Shown: positions 1 to 9,007 of the stretch, one piece after another | Layout of the letters: each line of letters begins with the position of its first letter | Numbering within the stretch: the first letter of the stretch is position 1 | Source of the DNA: a virus | Direction: 5' to 3' (one strand) | DNA: 64,000 nucleotides | Virus record (IMG/VR): IMGVR_UViG_3300038416_000738 | Notes under the pieces: model-generated | Seen by the model: the letters and a program-made list of their open reading frames with translations, nothing else | Database searches by the model: none | Told to the model about the DNA's origin: nothing | Translations under genes and position numbers: made by a program

Positions 1-207
1 TGAGTCGTGAAGGTCATTGTTCGAGTCGGGATGGTTGGCGGGGCGTGGATCGGTCAAGTGGTGACGGAGCGGGGCCGCGTGCTCGCGCAGTCGAATCCGC
101 TCGGCGACGGCGACGCGGCTCACGGGCGCGCGCTCGAGATGGCCATGGTCCACGGGTGGCAGATCGTCGAGCCGTCCGGTCTGGAAGGACTTCGGGTGGC
201 GTCGTGA
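1..207 (+). CDS. hypothetical protein (5' partial)
   Basis: ORF runs in from the window edge; stop TGA 205-207 overlaps next GTG start (GTGA coupling). Confidence 0.3.
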
Positions 208-458
208 AGCTCTTGATGCGCGGCTTCGGCAACGCGGATTCCGTGGACGGGTGCGAGCTTGCGCTTGTGCACCTGGACGCTGATCGGGTTCGGGAGATTC
301 TTGCCCTCCGCGAGCTTTTTCAGATGGCGAAGTCCAAGGCGCCGCGGCTCTGGAAGATGGCCCTTTGGCACACGGATGCGCGCATCGAGACGGCGGAGAT
401 TCCTTACGAAGCGCTTCTCGGTGCTCTCGACGCTCTTGGCGCTTCGGGGAAGCCGTGA
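204..458 (+). CDS. hypothetical small protein (ends ...ASGKP)
   Basis: GTG start overlapping upstream stop; sub-ORF of 45..458 frame; C-terminal GKP* shared with the next ORF. Confidence 0.35.
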   Translation: MKLLMRGFGNADSVDGCELALVHLDADRVREILALRELFQMAKSKAPRLWKMALWHTDARIETAEIPYEALLGALDALGASGKP

Positions 459-700
459 ACTTCTCCGCGCCGGTGAAAGAGCTTATCTGCCACATGGCGG
501 CATGCGGTTGGACCGTTCTTCCGAACGGCGCTTTCGTCGTGACGTCAGAAGGCGTTCGACCGGAGATGGTGCGCGAAGTCTTCGGGGACGACGCCATCGT
601 GAGCGGCGGCGTGTGGATCGTCAGGGGCGAGAGCGCCCGGAACTTCATGGCGCTCTATCGCCTCGCGGCGAGGTTCGACGGGAAAGCGGGGAAGCCGTGA
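457..700 (+). CDS. hypothetical small protein (ends ...KAGKP)
   Basis: GTG start in 'gggaagccGTGAa' junction, the same junction sequence as the previous gene; non-Arg-biased portion of 365..700 frame. Confidence 0.35.
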
Positions 701-933
701 AGGCGAAGAAAGGCGTGAGGCAAGAGGCTCGTGGTGAGGCGCTCGCGCGGCGAGCCGCGATGGTGACGGCGCTCCGCCGCGAGATCGCGAGGATCGCGGA
801 CGGCGTGACGTTCGGCGCGAAGCTCGGCGGCGGGGTCGAGGTGATTTTCACGTCCTTCGCAAAGTTCCGCGAGCACGAGCGCCGGGCCGCTCTCGTGGCC
901 TTGCCGGCGCCGTGGTTCACGGAGTGGACGTGA
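700..933 (+). CDS. hypothetical small protein
   Basis: GTG start overlapping previous stop; tail of 259..933 frame; the upstream part of that ORF is Arg-rich GC artefact. Confidence 0.3.
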   Translation, partial: KAKKGVRQEARGEALARRAAMVTALRREIARIADGVTFGAKLGGGVEVIFTSFAKFREHERRAALVALPAPWFTEWT

Positions 934-1044
934 ACGGCGCTTCACGTGCGCCGGCTCGCGCGAGCGGGGATCGCGGAGTTCGAGCGGGCATGCGGTATGC
1001 ATTGGTATGTGTTAGGATGCAACGGGATTCAAAAGGAGCCATCA

Positions 1045-1487
1045 TGAGCGAGGACGCAGAGGGCGAGAGCAATAAGTTCGGCGAGAGCGGGATCGAAGAG
1101 CTTCGACAGCTCGCGGGGATCTCCGGCTACACGCGCGAGTACGCGTTCGACGGGTTCACGGCGATCGAATGCCTGAACCTCCTCCGCGCCGTTCGCGCGT
1201 GCGAATGGGATATCTACGCCGACGCGCTCACCCCGGAGGAGCGGGAGCATGCGGCCAAGACGGGTAAGCTCTCGGAAGAGTGCGTGGCACGCCTCGATAC
1301 TGAGTTCGGAGACGACAGGGGCGTGGACGAGGACGATGACACGTGCGGTTCGTGCGGCGCGTCCCTCGTGCCGATTGCGGGCTCGCTCTGGCACAAGGTC
1401 GAGGAAGATTGTCGCGCGACCCGGGAGCCGAGCGCGGAAGAGGTCAATGCTTACGAGGTGGCTTTGGACGCGGAAGGGGGCGAGTGA
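1045..1487 (+). CDS. hypothetical acidic protein
   Basis: AAAGGAG RBS 6 nt upstream of ATG 1045; AT-richer promoter-like stretch 990-1030; sub-ORF of 912..1487. Confidence 0.55.
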
Positions 1488-1978
1488 TGGGGACGCGGGC
1501 GCTCGTGAGGGTTTTCGAGGACGGCAAAGAGATCGTGGCGATCTACCGTCAGATGGACGGGTACCCCGAAGAGCCGGGCCTCGGCGCCGAGGTGCGCGAT
1601 TTCGTCGTGAGCAAATCGCTCGTGAATGGTTTCACCGGCGACGCGAAGTTCAGGTCGTTCAACGGGATGGGGTGCCTCGCGGCGCAGCTCGTGACTTTCC
1701 TGAAGCACACGGGCCGCAAGCACTCGGTTCTCGACGGCGGCAAGTGGCTCGACATTTTGAACGGGGAATCGCCCGACATCGAAGTCGGTTCGGTCTACCT
1801 CTATCCGCCGGATACGAAAGACGTCGGCGAGGAATACGAGTACCACGTCTGCGCGGACGGCAAGGGCGGCGTCGAGGTGAAGGCTTTCGAGGTGTCTGGT
1901 CACGAGGGAGAGCGGAAGCTCGGGGCCGTCGAGATCCCCGCGAAGAAGGTCGCGAAGGAAAAGAAGGGAGGCGTGTGA
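1487..1978 (+). CDS. hypothetical protein
   Basis: ATG overlapping previous TGA (TGATG); same frame as ORF 1343..1978; protein-like composition. Confidence 0.55.
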   Translation: MGTRALVRVFEDGKEIVAIYRQMDGYPEEPGLGAEVRDFVVSKSLVNGFTGDAKFRSFNGMGCLAAQLVTFLKHTGRKHSVLDGGKWLDILNGESPDIEVGSVYLYPPDTKDVGEEYEYHVCADGKGGVEVKAFEVSGHEGERKLGAVEIPAKKVAKEKKGGV

Positions 1979-1979
1979 C

Positions 1980-2849
1980 ATGGGCGACGTGATTGGTTTC
2001 CCGGTGCCCCGTCATGACGGGAAGAAGAACGACGGGAAGAAGAACGACGCGAAGAAGAACGGCGCGTGGCTCCCGTATAGCGAGACGTCCTCGGGGCAGC
2101 TCACGCTCGACGCCGCGCGCAAGACCGTGGAGTCTGCGAAATGGGGCAAGGTCATCATGCTTGGCGGTGGATCGTCCGAGGATGAAGTCGACGACGTCGC
2201 GACGGTGATCCGGTTTCCGAGTGAGCGTGTCCGCGTGAGCGAAGGCTCGTGTGAGGGCGAGGGCGGCGAAGTCATCACGCTCCGGCCGCCGAACGCGTAT
2301 CACATGGCCTACAACCTCTACGTCCGCGCGAGTCAGCTCGACGAGAATCCCGCGACGTACGACGAGGCGGAAGCGATGTACCGGCGCGCGATCCTGCTCG
2401 ACCCGGGGCTCGCCATCGCGCACACGAATCTCGGCAACATCCTTTTTCGTCGCGGTGAGGATCGCGAGGCCGAGACGCTCTATCGCGCGGCCGTTGCGAT
2501 CGACGAACGCCAGCCGGAAGCGCATTACAACCTCGGTTACGTGATGCTCGAACGCGGCGACGCGCTCGCCGCGTCGGAGCACTTCGGCAAGGCGATCGCT
2601 CGGGACGCCCGCTTCGCGGACGCGCACTTCAACCTTGCGATGGCGTTCGAGCAGATGGGTCGGGGCGCGGAGGCGCGGACAAACTGGAAAAAGTACCTGG
2701 ATCTCGAGCCGAACGGCACGTGGGCGGACATCGCCCGCGCGCACTTGGCGCCGGTGGCGGGGTCGACGGCGGGGCCGGGGTCCGCGAGGCCGAAGCGGAG
2801 GCGCGGGCGCTCGAAGCGCGCGGAATCGGGCCTTACAGGGCCTACGTAG
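1980..2849 (+). CDS. TPR-repeat protein
   Basis: C-terminal half has consecutive TPR-like repeats (AYHMAYNLY.., AHTNLGNIL.., AHYNLGYVM.., AHFNLAMAF..); N-term KKND repeats. Confidence 0.7.
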   Translation: MGDVIGFPVPRHDGKKNDGKKNDAKKNGAWLPYSETSSGQLTLDAARKTVESAKWGKVIMLGGGSSEDEVDDVATVIRFPSERVRVSEGSCEGEGGEVITLRPPNAYHMAYNLYVRASQLDENPATYDEAEAMYRRAILLDPGLAIAHTNLGNILFRRGEDREAETLYRAAVAIDERQPEAHYNLGYVMLERGDALAASEHFGKAIARDARFADAHFNLAMAFEQMGRGAEARTNWKKYLDLEPNGTWADIARAHLAPVAGSTAGPGSARPKRRRGRSKRAESGLTGPT

Positions 2850-2866
2850 ACAGAATGTCTATATAG
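2847..2866. promoter_or_regulatory. palindromic operator TAGACA-GAA-TGTCTA followed by TATATAG
   Basis: perfect 15-bp palindrome read directly; identical element (inverse spacer) at 3828-3847; lies 55 nt upstream of ku ATG. Confidence 0.5.
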
Positions 2867-2919
2867 TTGCATGGGTCGGGAGTCGGCGTTATAAGGGTCG
2901 GAAAGGTGAGGTGAGCCAC

Positions 2920-3705
2920 ATGTCTTCGTCAGCGCGCGCAATCGGTTCAGGAACGATCTCGTTCGGGCTCGTGTCGATCCCGTTCAAGGTCTACACGACG
3001 GCGTCGTCCCACGACGCGTCGTTCAACATGCTCCACGGCAAATGCGGGAGCCGCATGAAGCAGCAGTACCTCTGCCCGGTCGAGAACGTGGTTGTCGACC
3101 GCACGGAGATGGTGAAGGGCTTCGAGTACGCCAAGGATCGGTACGTCCAGTTCACGGCCGAAGAGCTGAAGAAGCTCGAACCCGCGAAGACCGATTCGCT
3201 CGAGATCGTCGAGTTCGTGCCGGAGGAGAGCGTCGATCTCGCGTACCTCGAAAAGAGCTACTACATCGGGCCGGACAAGGGCGCCGGAAAATCGTACCAG
3301 CTCCTCGCGCAGGCGATGAAGGTCGCGAAGAAGATCGCGGTCGGCCGCTACTGGACGCGCGGGCGCGTGCAGCTCGTCCTCATTCGCCCGTACCGCGGGG
3401 GCCTCCTCATGTCGTACGCGTACTACGCGAGCGAGGTGCGCGCGTTCGAGGGCATCGCGCCGAGCGAGAAGACGGAGTTCAAGGAAATCGAGCTGGATCT
3501 CGCGGCGCAGCTCATCAAGCGGCTCGAAACCCCGGCATTCAAGGCGGACAAGTACAAGGACGAGTACCAGGACCGCATCCGGGACGCGGTGGACCAGAAG
3601 ATCGCGGGCAAAGAGATCAGCCTGCCCGACGCGGCGCCTCCGGCGATCATCGTCGACCTCTTCGAGGCGCTCAAGCGCAGCATCGCGGCGGGGATGGGGA
3701 AGTGA
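2920..3705 (+). CDS. ku: Ku DNA end-binding protein (NHEJ)
   Basis: N-terminal 'ISFGLVSIPFKVYTA' Ku core motif, ~260 aa, C-terminal extension typical of bacterial/phage Ku; GGTGAGG RBS. Confidence 0.85.
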   Translation: MSSSARAIGSGTISFGLVSIPFKVYTTASSHDASFNMLHGKCGSRMKQQYLCPVENVVVDRTEMVKGFEYAKDRYVQFTAEELKKLEPAKTDSLEIVEFVPEESVDLAYLEKSYYIGPDKGAGKSYQLLAQAMKVAKKIAVGRYWTRGRVQLVLIRPYRGGLLMSYAYYASEVRAFEGIAPSEKTEFKEIELDLAAQLIKRLETPAFKADKYKDEYQDRIRDAVDQKIAGKEISLPDAAPPAIIVDLFEALKRSIAAGMGK

Positions 3706-3754
3706 ACGAGGTCGTGAACCCGGGTTCACGGCACCGCCGTGGCCTCGGGTTCAC
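3702..3754. repeat. GTGAAC/GTTCAC cluster incl. perfect 16-bp palindrome GTGAACCCGGGTTCAC
   Basis: four copies of the hexamer (2 direct, 2 inverted) within 53 bp just after the ku stop. Confidence 0.5.
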
Positions 3755-3793
3755 GTCGCGCGGCCCAGGTCAAGGATCTCGTGGGTTTGCGAC

Positions 3794-3809
3794 TGGCACG
3801 ATGGGTGCA
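3794..3809 (+). promoter_or_regulatory. sigma54-like -24/-12 element TGGCAC-N5-GTGCA
   Basis: GG-N10-GC spacing correct, TGGCAC perfect; ~80 nt upstream of ATG 3888 with the palindromic operator between. Confidence 0.35.
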
Positions 3810-3827
3810 ATGAGGCTAAGTACCTAA

Positions 3828-3847
3828 GTAGACATTCTGTCTATATA
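3828..3847. promoter_or_regulatory. palindromic operator TAGACA-TTC-TGTCTA followed by TATATAG
   Basis: second copy of the 2847 element; 40 nt upstream of ATG 3888 with GGTGAGG RBS. Confidence 0.5.
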
Positions 3848-3887
3848 GGGTTTTGGGTTGGTGGGCTCAAAAAGGTGAGGAGCTGAC

Positions 3888-4310
3888 ATGGGTGATCGGA
3901 GCAACATCGTGGTGCGGGATAGGGACGGCAAGGACGTCGTATTCTACGCACACTGGTCCGGTAGTAGCATCGCGGCCGTCGTGCGGTGCGCACTCGCGAA
4001 GGAGTGGCGCTGGACGGACGACAACTACCTCGCACGGATCATTTTCTGCGAGCTGGTGAAGGGCCACGAGGCGGACGAGACGGGCTTCGGGATCGGGCGC
4101 TCCTTGGCGGGCGACCGCGAGCACCCGGTCGTGTTCGTGGACGTCCAGGAGCAGCGCGTCTCCTTCTGCAACGACTTCACCGAGGACGCGGCCGTCGACA
4201 CGAAGGCGAAGCTTCGCCGGGCGGACTTTACCTGGAGCTTCGCCGACTACGCGAAGATGACGGACGAAGAGGTGACGGACCTTCTGGACCGGTGTGAGGT
4301 CGAGCAGTGA
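3888..4310 (+). CDS. hypothetical protein
   Basis: ORF track; RBS AAAGGTGAGG; operator-controlled. Confidence 0.55.
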   Translation: MGDRSNIVVRDRDGKDVVFYAHWSGSSIAAVVRCALAKEWRWTDDNYLARIIFCELVKGHEADETGFGIGRSLAGDREHPVVFVDVQEQRVSFCNDFTEDAAVDTKAKLRRADFTWSFADYAKMTDEEVTDLLDRCEVEQ

Positions 4311-4909
4311 GCGCCGCGATCTCGTCGGGTACCGGGTTCATCTCGCTCAAGACGCCGGATGGCCCGGTCGCGGCGCCGTGCAGGTTCGAGCGGCCGAAGC
4401 GTCGGCGTTGGGCGTATTGCCGCGTGACCGGACAGCTTGCCAAGAAGTACGACCGCGTTCTTCGCTGGATGCAGAATATCTATGCGGATCCGGGGTGCAC
4501 GGTATCGGTTTTGGTGGCGGACGAACCGGATCCGAGGGGTCGGTGGTGGCGGTCGTCGGGCGGCGCGCTGGAACGCGTGCTCACGCGGCTCGAAGCTGTG
4601 ATGCTCGTTCCGCCGCGCGCGGGCTGGGAAGTCGACGAGGGTTGGGTCGCGAGCGGGGAGTACAAGAAGGGCGCGCCCGCCCGCGCGGAGCTTCGCTCGG
4701 AGATGCTCGAGGAGGGCGAGAGGGCGCGCGCGGGCAGCGCGAGGGCTCGCGCCGCGGAGAAGATGAAGAGGCTCGAGACGCGGGTCTCGGAGGCGCGGGA
4801 GAACATCAAGAAGTACGAGCGGCGCCAGAAGCTCGCGGCGACGCTCGTCTCGAAGTGGACGCGCAAGCTCGCGCAGCGCGAGCGGGCGCTCGCGAAGGCG
4901 AAAGTTTGA
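4307..4909 (+). CDS. hypothetical protein with C-terminal coiled coil
   Basis: GTG start overlapping previous TGA; K/R/E-rich coiled-coil C-terminus. Confidence 0.45.
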   Translation: MSAAISSGTGFISLKTPDGPVAAPCRFERPKRRRWAYCRVTGQLAKKYDRVLRWMQNIYADPGCTVSVLVADEPDPRGRWWRSSGGALERVLTRLEAVMLVPPRAGWEVDEGWVASGEYKKGAPARAELRSEMLEEGERARAGSARARAAEKMKRLETRVSEARENIKKYERRQKLAATLVSKWTRKLAQRERALAKAKV

Positions 4910-4944
4910 GCGAGTTCGTGAAAGGAAAGAAGAAGGAGAAGACC

Positions 4945-5217
4945 ATGGCCGAGGACTACAAGAGGACGAAGGTGAACATCGAGGAGCGCACGCTCATGAA
5001 GCGCATCAACCGTTTCCTCGCGGAGCAGAAGGGCGGGCGCAAGCTCTGCAAGAACAAGGCGGCGCGCTCGGGCGAAGGCTTGACCGATCGCGAGAAGAAG
5101 CTCGGCAAGTTCTACATCGTGAGCGACAAGAAGGTGGTCCAGCACCACGTCAACCTCGAGAAGTTCGCGCGCCAGATCGAGGTGCTCCGCTCGAACGAGG
5201 TGCTCCAGCCGTCCTAG
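4945..5217 (+). CDS. hypothetical small basic protein
   Basis: GAAGGAGAAG RBS then ATG 4945; K-rich non-GC-biased composition; sub-ORF of 4294..5217. Confidence 0.5.
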   Translation: MAEDYKRTKVNIEERTLMKRINRFLAEQKGGRKLCKNKAARSGEGLTDREKKLGKFYIVSDKKVVQHHVNLEKFARQIEVLRSNEVLQPS

Positions 5218-5297
5218 CGCGGCGCGCGGGTGACGCTGTTCGGTTCGGTGCGCGGAAGGGACTTGCGGGGGAACCGCGAACGACTTATAATCCTAAG

Positions 5298-7316
5298 GTG
5301 ACAAAACGGTATGATTGCGAAGAGAGGCATGAAGTGAACAAGGTGAGCAGGGCGGCGACGAAAGACAAGGCGATGGCGGTGGCGGCGGGGATCTCCGCGT
5401 TCGCGGGGATGCTCTCGCTCGCGGGCCTCTTCGGCCCCTTGGGCGACGCGATCGGGCACGTGCTCTCGGCGTCGCTCGGGGTCGTCGCTTGGGCCGGCGT
5501 CTTGATGCTCGTGCTCGGAGCCGCGTCTCTCTGGCGCGGCAAGGGTTACAAGGCTTTCCGCGGCTTCACGGATGCGGGACTCGTGCTCGTCTTCGCAACG
5601 CTCGTCCGCGTCTGGGGCGGCGATGGCGGGTTCTTGGGTGCGGGCCTCGGCGATCTCGCGGAGTCTGGGCTCGGGACCGTGGGGGCGTCTCTCATGGCGC
5701 TCTTCCTTGTTTTCCTGGTCTTCGCGTCCCGCGTCGACCTCCGCAGTATCGCGGCGCGCCGTGGTCGTAGTGGCGCGGCGCCGCTTCGTCCGGTGCGTGC
5801 GGACATGCCGCACACGCAGCCGATGTCTCCCGCGCCGGGGGCTTGGGCGGCGGAGCCGGAGTCGCTCGCGCCGGTGTCGGTCGCGGACGCCTGCTCGCAG
5901 GAAGATGCGGATGCGGGGACGTCATCGCCGGTGCCTTCGTCGTCGGTGCCTTCGTCGTCGGTGGCGTCGGAGCGGGAATCGTGGGAGCCGGAGTCGTCTT
6001 TCTCTGCGACGCTTCCTTGCGTCTCCGCTCCCGACGGGATCGGGTTCAAGAGCCGCGTTGTCCGCGAGTTCGAGAAGCCGGCGACGTCGCTTCTCTTGCG
6101 CACTGAAGCGTGCGCGGGCGCGGCCGGCGATGCGCAGCTCGCCGAAGAGTCTCGCCACCTCGTTTTGACGCTCTCGTCGTTCGACGTCGAGGCGAGCGTG
6201 CTCGCGGTGGTCCCGGGTCCGGTCGTCACGACGTTCGAGTGCGGGATCGAGGCAGGCACGAAGCTCTCGAAGGTGATGGGGCTCGAGGGGGACTTGTCGC
6301 TCGCGTTCGGCCGCAAGGTCCGCGTCGTGCCGTCGCGCCTCGGGCGCGTCGGGTTTGAGGTGCAGAACGAGGAGCGTGCTGCGGTAGGCCTTCGCGAGCT
6401 TCTCGAGGACGCGCGCTGGGAAGAGGCGAAGAAGTCGGCCTCGCTCCCCGTCGTGATCGGGCGCGACGTTCGCGGCGAGGGTGTCTACGCGGACCTCGCG
6501 ACGATGCCGCACCTCATCGTGGGCGGCGCGACGGGGTCGGGTAAGAGCGTGGGCACGAACGTTCTCTTGTCGTCGCTCCTCTTCGCGCGCTCGCCGGAAG
6601 AAGTCCGCCTCGTGCTCATCGACCCGAAGGTCGTCGAGCTTCAGCCCTACGCGGGCGTGCCGCACCTGCTCTGCCCGGTCGTGACGGAAGCGGATCGAGC
6701 GATCCGCGCGCTCTCGTGGTGCTGCGAAGAGATGGATCGTCGCTACCAGCAGCTCGCTCGCGGGGGGGTCAAGAACCTCGCGTCGTTCAACGGCAAGGTC
6801 TCGCGCACCGAGCGCATGCCGTTCATCGTGGTCGTGGTCGACGAGCTTGCCGACCTGATGATGCAGGAGAAGAAGGCCGTCGAGCCGCTCCTCGTGCGGC
6901 TCGGGCAGAAGGCGCGCGCCGCGGGCATCCACGTCGTCGTCGCCACGCAGCGCCCGTCCGTCGACGTCGTGACGGGGCTCATCAAGTCGAACTTCCCTTC
7001 GCGGGTGGCTTTTCGCACGGCGCAGGCGATTGACAGCAAAGTCGTGCTCGACGAGCAGGGCGCGGAGCACCTCCTCGGCAGGGGCGACGCGCTCGTGAAG
7101 ACCGGCGACTCGGATGCGCTCGTTCGGGTCCAGGTTCCGATGGTCACGGAGGACGAAGTCGGCGCGGTTGTCGGGCACCTTCGCTCGCAGGGCTTGCCGA
7201 ACTACGACGCGAGCATCCTCGCGGAATCCGAGCCCGTGGTGCTCGGAGACGACGGCAAGAGCGGTAAGCGGGGCAGCAAGCGCGCCGCTCGTGCGCCGGG
7301 GAAGGTGTGGTCGTGA
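5298..7316 (+). CDS. FtsK/SpoIIIE-family DNA translocase
   Basis: N-terminal multi-TM region, S/P-rich linker, C-terminal motor with Walker A GGATGSGKS, 'VVVVDELADLM' Walker B, 'ATQRPSVDV'. Confidence 0.9.
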   Translation: MTKRYDCEERHEVNKVSRAATKDKAMAVAAGISAFAGMLSLAGLFGPLGDAIGHVLSASLGVVAWAGVLMLVLGAASLWRGKGYKAFRGFTDAGLVLVFATLVRVWGGDGGFLGAGLGDLAESGLGTVGASLMALFLVFLVFASRVDLRSIAARRGRSGAAPLRPVRADMPHTQPMSPAPGAWAAEPESLAPVSVADACSQEDADAGTSSPVPSSSVPSSSVASERESWEPESSFSATLPCVSAPDGIGFKSRVVREFEKPATSLLLRTEACAGAAGDAQLAEESRHLVLTLSSFDVEASVLAVVPGPVVTTFECGIEAGTKLSKVMGLEGDLSLAFGRKVRVVPSRLGRVGFEVQNEERAAVGLRELLEDARWEEAKKSASLPVVIGRDVRGEGVYADLATMPHLIVGGATGSGKSVGTNVLLSSLLFARSPEEVRLVLIDPKVVELQPYAGVPHLLCPVVTEADRAIRALSWCCEEMDRRYQQLARGGVKNLASFNGKVSRTERMPFIVVVVDELADLMMQEKKAVEPLLVRLGQKARAAGIHVVVATQRPSVDVVTGLIKSNFPSRVAFRTAQAIDSKVVLDEQGAEHLLGRGDALVKTGDSDALVRVQVPMVTEDEVGAVVGHLRSQGLPNYDASILAESEPVVLGDDGKSGKRGSKRAARAPGKVWS

Positions 7317-7543
7317 GGAAAGTTCAAGTGGGCGGCGAGACGTGGGAGTTCACGACGGGCAAGGGCAATGCCGTCATCAAGAACCCGCGCACGGGCAAGA
7401 AGACGATCGTGAATTATTTGAAGCTCACGGGTCGCGATTGGAACACCATCGAGCGCGGGCAGTGGAAGAGGACGAGCGATGGCATGGTCACGCCGGGCCA
7501 CGTGAAGGCTTACATCGCGCGTTACCTCTCGGAGAAGTCATGA
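7307..7543 (+). CDS. hypothetical small protein
   Basis: GTG start overlapping ftsK-like stop; K/T-rich composition. Confidence 0.45.
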   Translation: MVVRKVQVGGETWEFTTGKGNAVIKNPRTGKKTIVNYLKLTGRDWNTIERGQWKRTSDGMVTPGHVKAYIARYLSEKS

Positions 7544-7680
7544 TGCCGCCGCTGTACTTCTTGATGCTCCTCGCGGTGACGGGGCTTCCGCCCGCCGTGC
7601 TCGTCTTCTGCCTCGTCGCGAACGAGGTGCGGTGGAATCGATGGCGCCGGGAGAACCTTGAAGGGGGAATGGAATCATGA
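7540..7680 (+). CDS. hypothetical small membrane protein
   Basis: ATG overlapping previous TGA; one hydrophobic helix; 46 aa. Confidence 0.3.
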   Translation: MMPPLYFLMLLAVTGLPPAVLVFCLVANEVRWNRWRRENLEGGMES

Positions 7681-8273
7681 ATCGCATGGGCTGTACGGGT
7701 GTGGTGATGGTCGTGGTAGTCGCTTGCGGGCTCTTCGCATGTGGCGGAGTCTCGGGCACGGATCTCGATGGCGGTGATCCTTTGGACGGTGGCGGCGATC
7801 CCGACGTCGTGCAGGTGGACGGTGGCCAGGGGAACGATGGACAGGGTGACGGAGCGCAGGTAGATGGCGTCGCTTCCGACGGCGGTGCGGACTCGGCGAG
7901 CGACGCGGGATCAGACGGCGACGGCGGCGTCACGTCGCCCCCGTGCGACGGCGGCTGCGGGGGCGGCCTCGCATGCTGCTCGAACAAGTGCGTGGACGAG
8001 TCGAGCGATTCCAAGAATTGCAACGGCTGCGGACTTGCTTGCACGGGGAGCAAGGGCGCGTGCAGCGCGGGGGCGTGCGTCTGCTCGATTGACCTCGGGA
8101 CGTGCTCGCACTCACCGTGCACGACGGGCGCGGCGCTCCCGAAGGGCTGCGACCCCAGTTACATCGTGACGATCACGTGCAACCTCTTCCCGTCGTGTTG
8201 CACGACGGCGTGGGACGCGACGTGCGTGAGCAACGCGGAGACGTACGGCGGCCTTGTCTGCACGGGTTGTTAG
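7677..8273 (+). CDS. Cys-rich secreted lipoprotein
   Basis: signal peptide + lipobox LFAC-G; D/G-rich linker; repeated C-x-C / NCNGCG motifs (24 Cys). Confidence 0.6.
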   Translation: MNRMGCTGVVMVVVVACGLFACGGVSGTDLDGGDPLDGGGDPDVVQVDGGQGNDGQGDGAQVDGVASDGGADSASDAGSDGDGGVTSPPCDGGCGGGLACCSNKCVDESSDSKNCNGCGLACTGSKGACSAGACVCSIDLGTCSHSPCTTGAALPKGCDPSYIVTITCNLFPSCCTTAWDATCVSNAETYGGLVCTGC

Positions 8274-8338
8274 CACGGGTTGTTAGCGCAGGGCCGACTC
8301 TCTTGTGAAGAGGCCGTGGAGGATGTATAGAGGGATAC

Positions 8339-9007
8339 ATGTCAACTCATCCCACGTACCTCCCGAAGAAGGACACTCAGCCCTGGCGCATCCTCAAGCT
8401 CCTCTCTGCGCGGATGCCGCTCACCTCCGCCCAGGTCGCCGCGGAGCTTTCGCTCGGCGTGAGGGTGACGGTGCAGGCGCTCTACCTCCTCGCCCATCGC
8501 TACGGATTCGTCTACCAGGGCAAGTCGATGAGCGGCTATCTCCTCACGAAGAAGGGCCACGCCATTGCGCGGCGCCTCGGGTTCAGCGGGAAAGCGCTCG
8601 GGAAGACGGTCGTGGAGGATTCTTCTTCTCCTTCTCCCGCATCGCCCAGGCGCGGGCACGGCGCGAAAGGCGAGGGCGGTGTGAAGCGTGTGGGGCGGCG
8701 CCAGGCGAAGCGTGGCGCCGAGAGCGTCGCCGTCGTCGCAGGTGACGACGATCTCGCGCGCATCATCCGCGAGCAGCAGGACAGTAAGCGCAAGGGAATG
8801 AGGGCCAAGCGCACAGGCACGCAGGTTCCGTCCCTGCCGGTCATCACGGGGGCGGGGGCCGGTGGGGCGGGCGCGGGCGCGAGGGCTTTCGCCGAGAAGC
8901 ATCCCGATCTCGTCAAGGAGCGCGCGGCTTGTCTCGCGCGCGTCGCGGCCATCGACGCTTACGCCGAAGCTTGTGAGAAGCTCTACGCGTCGAGCTTGGG
9001 GGGTTGA
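8339..9007 (+). CDS. putative winged-helix DNA-binding protein
   Basis: N-terminal ~90 aa resemble MarR/wHTH fold (LTSAQVAAELSL...VQALYLL); basic linker; weak. Confidence 0.45.
   Translation: MSTHPTYLPKKDTQPWRILKLLSARMPLTSAQVAAELSLGVRVTVQALYLLAHRYGFVYQGKSMSGYLLTKKGHAIARRLGFSGKALGKTVVEDSSSPSPASPRRGHGAKGEGGVKRVGRRQAKRGAESVAVVAGDDDLARIIREQQDSKRKGMRAKRTGTQVPSLPVITGAGAGGAGAGARAFAEKHPDLVKERAACLARVAAIDAYAEACEKLYASSLGG

Noticed and set aside
259-933. Long Arg-rich plus-strand alternative-frame ORFs (also 1249-1992, 3042-3827, 18595-19635, 44753-45622, 51647-52996)
   Set aside because: Composition is dominated by R/S/A from GC-rich out-of-frame reading; they overlap better-supported genes in another frame.
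1659-2744. Long minus-strand ORFs (also 5922-7178, 18456-19868, 39233-40315, 51645-54422 and similar)
   Set aside because: They are extremely Arg/Ala/Pro-rich with no motifs and lie exactly antisense to motif-bearing plus-strand genes; typical high-GC shadow ORFs.
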